Positions 32,965 through 46,539 are shown, counted from the first letter of the stretch. The stretch is DNA of 64,000 bases from Piromyces finnis finn (GCA_002104945.1 MCFH01000050.1:1-64000); one strand, 5' to 3'. Notes: a model not told the origin generated them from the sequence alone. Numbers and translations are program-made.

Positions 32965-33834
32965 AATAAAAAACAGGGTATATTATGAAAGCTATGGAAG
33001 TTGATGAAAATTCCGTGAGTATTTTTTTTTTTTTTGTATTTTAAATAAAATAAATAAATATAATTTCATAATTTTATTAAATATATTATATATAAATAAT
33101 ATATATTTTATATTTTAAAAATATAAATAGATTATGATTTTCCCAACTGGAGTTAACAAAATCGTTGGTGGTGTTGTTTCTCTTATTGGATTTGCTATAA
33201 ATTTATGGACTTTAAGTGCTTTAGGTGTTAAAGGTATTCAAAAGAATTTTTAATATATATATATATATTGATATCAATTTATAAAAAAAGAATGATTATA
33301 ATTACAATTATTTAATAAATATAAACAAAAATAGGAATGTATAACGGTGATAGTTTTGGATTTTTATTCGATGAACAAGTATATATTAATTATAATTTTA
33401 TATTAATTGGAACTCAGAAAAAAAAAAAAAAAAAACATTAAAATTAATAATTTTTAATTATTTTATTAGGTTACTACTGGTCCATACAAGTATATGAGTG
33501 ATCCACAATATGTTGGTACTTTCATTGCTGCTGTTGGTAGTGCTATTATGTATCAATCTATAGCTGGTTATGGTACGTACAAAATTATTTTTTAATTTTA
33601 TGAAAATTAAATATTGTTACTAAAATATTAATAATAATTTATAAAATTATAGTTCTTGCTTTAGCTGTTTATGTTGTCTTCTTAATTTCTGTCAAATTTG
33701 TTGAAGTAAATATATTATTTTTTAATATTTATATATTTAAGTTTATTTCATTAAAAATTAATTTTTATTAATTTAAATGTTAGGGTCCACACATGAGAAG
33801 ATTATATGCTGCTAAAGAAAAAAAAACTGAATAA
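32452..33834 (+). CDS. PEMT: Phospholipid N-methyltransferase (PEMT/Opi3 superfamily)
   Basis: Spliced ~200-aa membrane protein: HYNFTAQLEHKTRIFTK|IIGKNAVYYYAVLL..VRD|W..LWTLSALGVK|GMYNGDSFGFLFDEQ|VTTGPYKYMSDPQYVGT..VE|GPHMRRLYAAKEKKTE*. G.Y.GD.FG, P.Y.G and E.P..Y motifs fit PEMT; the C-terminal KKxx is an ER-retrieval-type signal. Confidence 0.85.
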
Positions 33835-34813
33835 AAAAATAATATAAATAAATAAAAAAATAAATTAATAAATAATTACTACAAAAAAAAAAAAAAAAAT
33901 AAATAATAAGTAGCAAAAATAGCTTATTAATTAAAACTTTTTTAATTTATTTAGTAAATAATGAAATAGTTAATTAATTATAAACTAAAAAGATTAAAAG
34001 AGAGAGAAAAAAAAATCAAATGCAAATAAATATTAATAAATAAATAATTAAAAAAAAAAAAAAAAAAAGAAAAATTGAAGTTGTATATATAACATATTCT
34101 TCTTATTATTTTTATATTCAATAAAAAAATATTTGTGTAAGAGTAGCATTATTATATATAATCCTAATTATTAAATAAATAGTTTTATGTTCTATTTCGA
34201 ATAAATATAGGTACATTCATTTATATTATATAACTATAAATATATATTTAAAAATTCATATAAACTTTATATGTATTTTTTATCAATTTTCATATTTACC
34301 AATTTTTGTTAAACCTTATTATATCATAAAAAATAAAAATTTAGAATAACCAAGGAGTAAATGTAATATTAATAATTAAAATTAAAAGATTTTAGATTTT
34401 AGAAAAAAAGGAATTTTAGGTTTCATAATTATATTACATTTGATTATTTATACCGAAAAAAAAAATGAATTCAATATATAAACTATTATAATAAATATTT
34501 ATCATAAATGATATAAAATGATTATTTAGTGAAACTCTATTATTTAGAATTAGAATAGTAAAAGGAAAAAGATATATTTATATTTTTACATTTTAAAATT
34601 TTTTTTTGTGGAATACTAATTTTATGTATATTTTTAAATTTATGTATAAATTATTAAATCTATTCTCAACCAACATTCTTTTAAAGAAAGAGTAAACTTG
34701 TAAATAGAAATAATATATAAATATACATAGAAGTTAAAAGTTACATTTAAAAAGAAAAGAAGAAGAAGCAATTAAATTGAATATATTAAAATAAGATAAT
34801 ATTTGCTAAAATA

Positions 34814-37800
34814 ATGGCAAAAAAAATAAATTTTAAATATTATTTTACATTATGTTTTATAACGAGTTATATAATATTTATTACAATATTAACATTAAAG
34901 GCTATACCAAATAAAAACTCGAATAACGACTTAGAGGGTATTAGATTATTTGATTTAATATTAACAATATAAATAAATATTTTTATTCATTCTTATTTTA
35001 ACGAAATTGTTTTTATAATAAATATAGGAGAATTACTGAAAAGAGATGATATTTCATATGATCTAAATGATATATATAATTCAGAAGAAAAATCAAAATA
35101 TTACAAACCGGATGATTATGGAAAAAATATAGTGAATGGACAATTTGCATTCATTCATATAATATGGGCTTCAATAGCTTCAGGTTTCAGAGCAATGTAT
35201 TCAATTTCTAAAAATGATTTAATTAGAATATCCGAAAGCGATTTTAAAAATCCTTCTGGAATTGTCCAAACCGCTTTAAATACTAAAGGATTAGTTGTAT
35301 ATATTAATTTATTATAATTTATATATTAATCATTAGTAATAGTTGTTATTTATATATATACATACATTGTGAATTGAAAATATAATTTATTAAAATATAT
35401 ATTATTATAATTATTATAATATAGTTATTATTTGTTGTTTTAGCTCTATTTGCTGTTTTCGCTTTATTACTAAATATAGTTTGCTTCCCATTATATATAT
35501 GCATTAATATATGTACAAAAACAAGATATACAACAAAAAATTATAAGAAAAGTAAAATATTGTGTGGAAGAATATTTTTTGGAATATTTAGTTTTCTTTT
35601 AACGTATGAAAGAACTTTAAATATTAAAATAATATCTATTATATATTATATAACTAAAAGTTCTTAAATTATATAAATATATTTAATCATTAAACATATA
35701 TAGTTTTTCTCCATTATTTGCATTGATGGGTTATCAATCAATTAGTAATTCAGTTGATACAATAACAAAGGGAAGCAAAACATTAATTTATGATATAGAT
35801 GAATTTGTTATTAATGCAGAAGATGGTAAATTATCAATAGTTAAAATTGGAAATAATTCGTAAATAAAAATAATAATATATTTTTCATTTTAAACTTTAG
35901 TGATTAAAAATAAAGCTACTAATATCGTCATTGATACTGTTCGTGGTAAATTTTAATATGAATTATTAAAAAAAAAAAAGAAAAACAAAAAACTATAAAA
36001 AAAAATTAAAATTAGAAATAAATTTATTATTAAATTAATGGTGTTGATTAAAAAAAAACTTTTTTTTATATTTTAATAGCTGAAGTAGTGGATCCAATTA
36101 AATATGAAATTGATATAAAAATCATTCAAAATGCCACTGTTATGTATGATAAGGCATTGGATACAATCAATGAAGTAATTCCTTTCATAAACGAAGTCAA
36201 AAATATTGTTTATGAAGATGGCTATCCAGTTATTAATAGTAAATATTTTATATTAATTGCTTTTTTAAACATTTATACATTTATATAAAATATAAAAATA
36301 TAATTCATAAAATGTAGTAATTATTGCTGATAAAATTAAAATTATTACAAAATCTCGAATAATTTATTAAATGCCAAAAGAGCTGTACAATTTAATTCAA
36401 GAATTAGAAGTTGATTATAACCAAGATCTTAGCAAATTAGAAACAGATGTTTTTGAAAAAAATACTACATTAAATGATGTATTAAATACACTTAATGAAT
36501 TTGAATCAGTAATGAGTGATACTAAACAAACATTAGATGATAATAATATACATGAAATATATAATAAAGCATTAAATACTATTGATGATGCATTTAAAAT
36601 GGGTAAATATTAATATATTAAACTTTATTTTAATTAAAAACAAATAAATCATATCAGTCATACTAACTAAATTTTATAAATGTATTAGTTGATGAATTTA
36701 CTTCTGAATTTACAAATATAGATTTATCAGATATTAGAACTATACTTCATGATGATGTTTATAATACAATCAATGACATTGAAGGATATAAAAGTGATAT
36801 AGATATCTTTAGCCCAAATTTATTTTATAAAACTTTATTTTTAATAATTACACTATTATCTGTGATTGTAATTTTATTTGCTATTTTAAGATTACATAAA
36901 GGAGTAAAAACGTAAATATAAAAAATATTTTATATTATTAATAATATTTTTTGATTATTAATGAAATAAAAATTAATTGTTTAGATTATTAATAACATGC
37001 ATACCTATTGGAGCTATTTTCTGGATTATTACAAGTATTAAAAATAAATTATAATAATTTTTTGCAATAACCGACTCATATATATACAATATTATAATTA
37101 AATATAATAACATAATATATTTATTAAATATAATAAACAAATAAATGAAAATGAATAGTTATATTTTTATTAATATCTGTATTGGTAAGCCAGACATGTA
37201 ATACAATCTACGAATTAGATTCAGAGACAGTTGCAACTATATATAAAAAAGTTGAAACTATATATGGAAATATAGAACAAAAGGAAAATGATGAAATATT
37301 AAATTCATTATCAAATTATAATTTTAAATTTGAAACTTTTTCAAAGCTGATATATTCATGTGCATCTGATAAAAATAATGATACTTCCATATGGAGTGTT
37401 CTTGAAAAAGAGGAATTTAACAGTTTAATAAAGACTACATGTAGTATTATTGAAGAAAATATTCAATTAGAAGAAATAAAAATTGAGTGCTCAGAGGTTA
37501 ATGGAAGAGATGATTTAATTAAGTCATTTGTTAAGGCTATTAATATAACAGGGAAAATAAGTGAAGAAGTTGATAAGATTGATATTTCTGAAATGTAATG
37601 AAGAACTATTTAAATTGTTATATATGTACACATTAAATTATCACTAAATTTCTGATAAAATTTATATATATATATATAAATGTATTTAAAATAAAAAGTT
37701 TGAGTGGAATAACTGATATACCAGAAATACCAACTGAAATTGAAATACCAGAAATCTCTATTGAAAGTTTAAAGAGTTCATTAAATGAAATTACGAGCAA

Positions 37801-39188
37801 CATAGATACAATTTGTCTTGGTTTAACATATAAAAATGGGTTTAAGCCACCATCAGGTAGATATTTTTTATTATATATTATTATAAGTAATTACCTGTGA
37901 TAATTAGTCTAAATTATAAAATGTTGAATTTTTAATATACATATTTATAATTATTAGCATGTACCGAGGAAAAGAAAGAAGAAAAAAAGATATACTATAA
38001 TAGTCAAGTAGAAGATATCAATAACCGCGTAAATAAATTAGATCAAAAGCTTCAAAGCAAAAAAGATGATATGGAGAACAAACTCATACCAAATATTGAA
38101 GTAAGTGATATATTTATATTTATTAGTTATATGAGTTTTGTATGAAGATAAATAATCAAACATTTTAACAATGACATATATTTAAAACCTAATAGAAAAT
38201 TAGTGATGAATTAAAAGAATTTTTAAATAATATTGGTGAGACAGCTCAAAATATTATTGATAGTTCAATAAATTCGGTAAATAAATCAATTTTTTTTATT
38301 ATTTTTATTATTGTAAAACTTACATTAGGAACTGATATTTTTAATAAAATAAAATAGATTAAAGCAAAAGAATTTAGTTTATTTAGCTCAATTATTGATA
38401 AAACCTTTTCTTTAGCTACAAAATGTCAATCGTGGAGTCAAGATATTTGGATATTGTCAAATTCTGTTTGTCATGGTATTCCGTAAGTATTATTATTATT
38501 ATAATGATAAATGTAATTGTTACAATTTCTCAAACATTATATATATAGAAATGGAATAGATGTAATATGGTGGTCATCTGTTATTATTGCGTTTTTATTA
38601 ACGTTTAATATATTTGGTGGAATTCAGTTAATGACTTATACTGTTGCAGCTCTTAAATATGATGGTAAAGATGTGGAAAGTGATAAAAAAAGTAGACCTG
38701 ATAAAAAAGTATCGATTAATGAAAAGCAATCAGGAAAGTCTAGAAGTGATGCATGTACAAGTGAAGGCTTACCACCTCAAAAAGATGTACTCAAAACTAA
38801 TGTTCTTGATGATTTTAATAATATCAGTAAATATAATGTTGAACTTGATGATGAAAATGTAGATAAAAAAAGAAATGATTTGAATAAAGAAGTTCTTAAA
38901 AAGCATGAATCAATGATTACTCCATCTAAAGAATTAAACGAATTATTAGAAAATGGTCCTAAGTCCAATTATCATCCAGATCCAATATTTAATAATAATG
39001 AAGATGAGATAAAAGAAGTAGAAGATAGTGATGATGATATTGACAATGAAAGAGTAGAGATAGAAGTGATAAATGATGATGATGATGAGGTAGTAGAAAT
39101 AGATGTAGTAAATGATAATGATGATATAGTAGAAATAGATGTAACAAATAATGATAATAATGACAATGATGATAATTTATATCAATAA
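34814..39188 (+). CDS. Prominin-like pentaspan membrane glycoprotein (~1000 aa, ~14 exons)
   Basis: Hand-spliced ORF: signal peptide, ~100-aa ectodomain, TM1 + Cys-rich loop (CFPLYICINIC) + TM2, ~250-aa helical loop, TM3 and TM4 (..VSQTC), ~300-aa loop, KC..SVCHGIPNGIDVIWW, TM5, acidic tail. Confidence 0.72.
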
Positions 39189-39401
39189 ACAATCCATTGA
39201 TATAAACTATTTAATACATTTTCTAACAATAGTTAAAAAAATATATATTTATTAAATACTAATGTAATAATTATTTTATATTTAATCTACATTATTTTAA
39301 TTTATTTATAAATATATTATTAAAATTATTTTTATTTGTACATATGTATATTAATATATTAATAAAATTGTTATTATAATATTATATATAATTTAATTTT
39401 T

Positions 39402-39432
<31 letters not shown>

Positions 39433-39490
39433 GTATTATTCTTAGATATTAATAAAAAATTAAAAGTATTTTAAATAATTTTTATTCTAA

Positions 39491-40344
39491 ATGTCATTAA
39501 TAGAATTACATGAACCAATAATAAAGTAATAATAAACGAAATAAAATATTTAACATAAAATAATAAATATTAAATTTAATATATATTAGATAATAAATTA
39601 AGTTGTATTGTATTTTTTGAACAATTTTTAGAGTTAGTTCAACTTATCAAAGAGATGTAAAAAATTTTGGTAAGCAATTTATGACTGATAATGATGATGA
39701 AACTTGTTGGAATTCTGATCAGGTATGTATTTTCTTTTCCCTCTCTCTCTCTCTCTCTCTATTTTTTTTTTTTATCAATTGAATATTATATTTCAATTTT
39801 AACTATTTATATGTTGATATTAAAAAAGGGTTCACCACAATCAATTTTAATTAATTTTGAAGAAAATGAAGTTTGTCCAAAAACTCTTATATGTATGTTT
39901 CAAGGTGGATTTGCAGGAAAGGAATGTGAAATTAAAGGTTTTATAAACGACACATGGGAAACTATAACTGAGTTTTATCCAGAAGATAGCAATAACTTAC
40001 AAATATCCTTTTTTTTTATTGTTATTATAATATTATATTATTGATATAGATATTATATTTTATTATTATTATTATTGGCTATAATACAGAATGAATTTTA
40101 AATTTTATTATTAATTTTAAAATCCATTATTATATATATCAATTAATATGTTTATATCTTTAACCGTTCCCCCCCCTCTCTCTCTTTTTTTTTTTTTATG
40201 TATTTGTTCGTGTTTGTGTTTGCGTGAATGTACAGCTTTCCACTTAATATGACCGAAGTGTGTAGTAAATTTAAGATAATTTTTAAATCTAGTACTGACT
40301 TTTATGGAAGAATTATTATATATAAATTGGATTTACAAGAATAA
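39491..40344 (+). CDS. NR2C2AP: NR2C2AP/TRA16-like galactose-binding-fold protein (IFT25-related family)
   Basis: MSLIELHEPIIK|VSSTYQRDVKNFGKQFMTDNDDETCWNSDQ|GSPQ..FQGGFAGK..EFYPEDSNNLQ|SFPL..IIFKSSTDFYGRIIIYKLDL* closely follows the NR2C2AP pattern (VSS..FGK..ETCWNSDQG..FQGGF..FYPED..LQ.FP..TDFFGRV.IY). Confidence 0.93.
40003..40233 (+). other. U12-type (minor spliceosome) AT-AC intron
   Basis: 5' end ATATCCTT; 3' end ..GTAC|AGC TTT CCA; TCTTTAAC branch-like motif at 40157-40164. Only this junction keeps the conserved LQ|xFP frame. Confidence 0.88.
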
Positions 40345-41592
40345 TGAAATTTAAATTGCAATTCATATGTTTTACTTTAATAATTAATTACATATTATAG
40401 AACTATCTGTATAACCAAATAAAATAAATAAAAAAAGGAAATTGAAAGCAAAAACAAAAAAAAAATTATAATATCATTTTTAATAGACAATAAAATTATA
40501 TATTAGGTATTTTATTATTTAGTAAAAAGATATAATAAATGAAGTTGAAATAAAAAAAAATATTATTTTATTGTTAAAAAGAAGTCTATATTAAATGTAA
40601 CAATTAATATATATATATATATATATTTGATATTTTCTTTTATTTATTTAAAGAAATATTAACTATCTTTTTCTATTCTAATAAGTTAATAAATAATTTT
40701 TATTTTTGATATAAAAATCCAAATGCAAACCTATATTACGATGGCAAATATCGTTTAATCAATAATTTTTTATAGTTAATATAGTTATTAATATAATGTT
40801 AATAATACATTGAATAATAAGATATTTTCAAAATTTAATAACAAAAATATATTTAAAAAAATTTAAATTTTTTGTGTATCTTTTAGATAAATTAAACAAT
40901 TTTTAAATTAATTTTATTGAATAAAAATAAGAATGTATATTTTAATAATTAAATAAAGTTATAATTTATTTTAATATTTATTTATTAAGATTAAGTAATA
41001 ATACAAAATTTGCAATTAAAAGAGCATTTAGGTTTTTTAATAAAACAATGAAATATGATATAAGATATCACTAACATATAAGCTAGGATACATAATAGTT
41101 TTCCTTAACTAGAAGAAAAAATTAGTTAAGATTTCTATATAGTATATGTATTAATCTAAAGTAAATGATAAATTTATATTTGATTATTGAATATTTTTGA
41201 ATTAATAATTTTTGTAATAATGTATATTGATAAATATATATATATATTTGATTATTATTATTATTATTATTATTATTTTTAAATTTAAATAAAATTACAA
41301 AAGTAAAAAAGATATACATTATGGGTAATTTTTTTTTAATAATTTCGAACATTTAATTTATATTATAAATTTATTTTTTTTATAATTAATAATAAAATTT
41401 AATAAAATATATCAAAAATATGTTATTTTTTTTCTTCTTTCCTTTTTTAAAATTTATTATAAATGATATCAAATATAATGTTAAATAGCAACTATACAAT
41501 TAAAAAAATTTAAGAATTAAAGAATTAATTATTATTAATAATATTATAATAATCATTTACATAATTCTTTAAATAAGAATAATATTTAATTA

Positions 41593-41593
<1 letters not shown>

Positions 41594-41667
<74 letters not shown>
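41594..41667. repeat. (AAT)n microsatellite
   Basis: AAT array upstream of UBP8; a related (AAC/AAT) array lies at ~55140-55200. Confidence 0.93.
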
Positions 41668-41952
41668 TATAATAATTGTAATAATAATTATATAGAATTA
41701 TAATAAAGAGTTTTTTTAATTAATATAATTCCTTTTTTCCTTTTTTTTAATATTCTTTTTTTTTTTTATATTATATAATTATATTTATTCTTTTTTTTCC
41801 TTTTTTTTCCTTTTTTTTTTTTTTATTATATTCAATAATTATTAACGTTAAATACAAAGCTAATATAAGAAGTATACCATTTAATTCAATATCATTAAAG
41901 TATTAAAATATTTAATATATTATTCAACAGTTATTAAAAAAAATCAATAAAA

Positions 41953-42650
41953 ATGGCTTCTGAAAATGTAACACCAGTATCTACTCCAAATCAATCAATG
42001 ATTGTTGATACTAATATTACTAACACAACAATCACTTCTACTCCGAAAATTTCAAATAATCCTACTGTAAAATCGACCTTTTCTATTTTTAGAACCGAAA
42101 ATCTTCATCCTGCATATCATGGATGTATTCATATATCTGCAAGAATTAATAACAATTTAATGGATAACTATAGAACATGTTGTCGTTACGCAATAAAATT
42201 TAGAAATAAATACATAGTAAAACAAGATGTTAAATCTAAAGCATTAGAAGCAAAGATTGCTGGTACAACCTCAACAAAAAAAACGTATGAAGAAAATCTT
42301 TTGAAATCTTTAAATAAGGTATTTTCATAATATTTTTAATATGTTATGTCTTATGTATTAATTATAATATTTCTAAATATTAAATAATATATTATATTTG
42401 TTAATTTAAAATAATTTTTAATTATATTAAATAAATTTAGCTACCATTACCATTTTGCCATGTTTGTGATAATCCTTTTGGTCGTTTGCATGTGTGTCTT
42501 TTGTGTGTATATTTTGGGTGTTGGAAGGAAGACCATATGAGAGCCCATTGTAAAGAAAAAGCTCATAATTTTGGTATAGAAAATTATTAATATAATACAA
42601 TATATAATAGTATATTTTAAAATTTGGAAGTCTTGCCCTAAACTTAAAAC

Positions 42651-42685
<35 letters not shown>

Positions 42686-45600
42686 GAAAATTAATTATGA
42701 TAGCTATGAATTTTCAAAACTGTTCGGTATATTGTTGTGAATGCGAAGATTATATTTATGATATAGAATTTGAAAAAATATATAAAATGGAACAAGATAA
42801 GTTTTACCAATTACTTTTACAGTCCCAAAGTAAATATTGCATTTTAAAGGAAATATATATATATTTTAAAATATTTCATTACCTAATTATTTTTTTTTTC
42901 TTTTAATTTTATTATTGCTTATTGCTATTTATAGATCCGAATATTAAGTATTTAAATTGTCCTGAATGGCTACCAACAGAAGATGAGGCTGAAAAAATAA
43001 GAAATAATTCATTACTTTTGAGATGTTCAGGTCTAAGGGGTTTACGAAACTTAGGATCGACATGCTTTATGAATGTTATTATACAATCTTTCATTCACAA
43101 TCCTTTACTTCGTGCTCATTTTTTGGGTGATCGTCATAATTATAAACTATGTAAAAATACATTATGCTTAGCATGTGAATTGGATAAATTATTTGCGCAG
43201 GTTAATCAACTATTAAAAAATATACTAATCAATATATATATGTATATATAGTACTCAAATATATAATTTTATTTTAAAAATAGTTTTATTCCGGTGATCA
43301 TACTCCTTTTGGACCATGCGAATTTCTTTATGTTGTATGGAAAACGGAAAAACATATGGCAGGATATCAACAACAAGATGCTCATGAATTTTTAATTTGT
43401 GCATTAGATCAATTACATCAAAGTTGTTGTATGTGTAAGTATTGAAATAAAAAGAAAAAATATATAAAATTTTAAAGTTTTGATCAAATCATTATTTTAA
43501 ATAATATTTTGGTTGCTATTATTATTATTATTATTATTATTATTCATTATTTATTATTGATTTATGAATGATAAATAGTAAAGAATAGAGATGATTCTTC
43601 AAAATGCAAATGCATTATACATCAAATTTTTTCCGGTTCTTTGAGATCTGATGTTACATGTACTAAATGCGGAACAGTGTCAGTTAAAGAAGATCTTTTT
43701 ATGGATTTATCGTTAGATATTAAAGATTCATCAATAAAAAAACCAAGCAGAAAACGTAAACATAAAAAAGATATAGATAATGATCATAACGATACCGATG
43801 ATTCAGTGGCAAATGAAGGTGAATATGTGTCATCATTGAACTCATCATTGAATGATGAATCGATAATAACACTTGCTGACTGTTTAAATAGGTATATAAA
43901 ATAGTTGTAGTAATATATAGTTAAATACTTAATATTTTTTTTTTTTTTTTTTTTTTTAAATTCAGTATTATTTATAAATTTTATATATATATATTTTCTT
44001 TATTTTAAATAGATTTACAATACCAGAAAAAATAAGTGAAAAATATATGTGTACAAATTGCAATTCATATCAAGTAATATTATTTAAATAGAGTTTCTTT
44101 TAAAATATCTATAAAATAATTTTAAAGAAATTAATATAGAAAATTTAATTTAAATGTTTTTTTTTTTAATAGGATGCTACAAAACAACTATCACTTAAAA
44201 CATTACCACCAGTATTATGTATATCATTAAAAGTAAGAATCAATATTAATAATAATAACATATTCTTTTTTTATATTAATATAACAAATACTCATAATTT
44301 ATTATTAATTATTATTAATAAGCGTTTTGAACATTCTCATATAACAAAAACAAAAATTGAAACTATGATTAAGATACCATGTGAACTTGATTTAACACCT
44401 TACACTTCACCTTCAATCATAGAGAATTCAAAAAGAGAAAAATATAATGAAGCCCATCCAAATAAAAAAATAGAAAGGTAAGTATAGAATATTTATTAAA
44501 ATAGTTTTTTTGTTAAATAAAAGTTAATAATTAATAAATATATTAAATAATTCATATGTTATTCGAATTTTCTTTTAAAAAAAATTGAAATATAATATTA
44601 GTGTTCCATTAAATCCAATTAATGTTTATCAATTATTTGCAGTAACAGTACATAATGGTGGTCTTGAAACAGGTCATTATACAGCATATGTAAAATGTCA
44701 TGGAGAAGTAAGTTTTATATAATTATATTATCATTAATATTTTATAATAAATATTTAAATTAAATATAATGTAGTGGTTTAAATTTGATGATCAAACGAT
44801 TACTTTAGCAACTGAGCAAGAAGTTTTAGCTAGCAATGTGTAATTGTTAAATAAATTGTTATTTTTTTTTTTAAAAAAATTATAGTAAATGATTAAAGTA
44901 TTATTAATCAAATACATATTACATATTTTTTTATAATTAGATATATGTGCTTTTATATTAGGAATGTAATGAATTATGGATCAATAGAAGATTCAGGAAT
45001 GATTCCAATTAATACTCCCAAATCTAAATTAGAAAATGAAAAATCCGAAAAGGCTCTTGCAAAAGAAAGGGAAAGAGAAGAAAAAGCTGCTCTAAAAAAA
45101 GCTAAAAAACTTAAAAAAGAAGCTGAAGCTCAAGCTAAAAAAAGAAAAAATAACCAATTACTATCAGATTCACCATCAAAAACTAAACATATTAAAATAA
45201 CGAACAGTGAAAGTAAAGAAAAATCAATTCATAAGCTTTCAAAAACTGAAAAATCTCTATCGAAAATAAGTAAACATAGTAAATATTTTTACATTTAATA
45301 GTAATGATTTTAACTATATAACAATGTAATTATCAATAATATTAAATATTATCCTATATATATATATATATATTTTTTTTTTTCAATATATAATTTTTAA
45401 AAGGTTCAAATGGTGGAAAAACTTTACCAAAAATTAAAAAAGATTATATTTCAAATAGTATTATATCAGATGATGATGATGAAGAAACCTATACAGTATT
45501 AGCTAGTGGTAAAGGTAGTTATACTTCTGAAGTTATTGGTAGTGGTTATAGTAACGGATCAATTCATAAATCTACTGGAGGTAAAGTTAAACCAGGCTCA

Positions 45601-45852
45601 ATAAGTCGTAGTAATAGTCATCATGGTTATGGAGCACCTGGAAATGGCCAAAAATTAATTAATTCTAAACAGAAAAAGAGTAGTATAGATGGATCAAAGA
45701 ATAAGTCTAATGATACAAATCATAATAAGAATTTACTTGATTCATTATTAACAGATGATGATGATGAAGATTTAGATGAAATTTCATCTCTTACTTCCAT
45801 ATCCTCTTCAGCCGATGAAGAAGTTGTTATTATGGCATCTGATCACATATAA
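41953..45852 (+). CDS. UBP8: SAGA deubiquitinase Ubp8/USP22 (ZnF-UBP + USP catalytic domain) with a C-terminal extension
   Basis: ZnF-UBP (CHVC..RLHVCLLCVYFGCW..H..H..H..CCECEDYIYD); Cys box GLRGLRNLGSTCFMNVIIQ; GYQQQDAHEFL; His box VHNGGLETGHYTAYVK..|WFKFDD. Stop at 45850-45852. Confidence 0.93.
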
Positions 45853-46508
45853 AAAAAATATTAAAAAACAAGCAAACCTTTTATTTATTAAAGTTATTTT
45901 AAAATAATAATTTTTTATTTCTATTATATTTTTTTCTTTTTTTCTTTTTTTTTTTTTTTCCTCTCTTTATTTTTATGATCTCCTTTTATATAAATTAATA
46001 ACAGTTATTATAATCATTGTTGTTGTTATCCAATATTTCATATTATATCCTTAATATTCTAATGTGCTTAGTTAATTATTTGTTAAATATTACTTTGTTT
46101 ATATATCATTATTACAGTGATATTAACACTACCATTATTTATTACTATTATTATTTTTTTTATCAATAATAAATATAAATAAACTTTTTGGGATTTAAAT
46201 CATTTTTATTATTAATATATATTTATAACTATCCATTTATGACAATGAAAAAAAAAACAAAAAGCATTTTAAAAAAATATAATTTTTTAATGATTATAAT
46301 TATTAAAATTTAATTTATTTATTTTGATATTGTTTTTGTATTGTTAATTTAAGATGGAATTAATGGTATATTCTTCAGTGTTAAAAAATATTAATAAAAA
46401 ATATATTTATTAAATATAAATAATTATAGTAATATATAAATAAAATATTTAAAAATTTAATAAATTAGTATTAACTTTATTCTCTATTTTCTAATTATTG
46501 TAATATTC

Positions 46509-46539
<31 letters not shown>

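Noticed and set aside
36371-36613. Separate gene starting at MPKELY (likewise 35132, 36088, 37182, 37700, 38517)
   Set aside because: These are internal exons of the prominin-like gene; for example the acceptor at 36380 joins in phase to the upstream exon.
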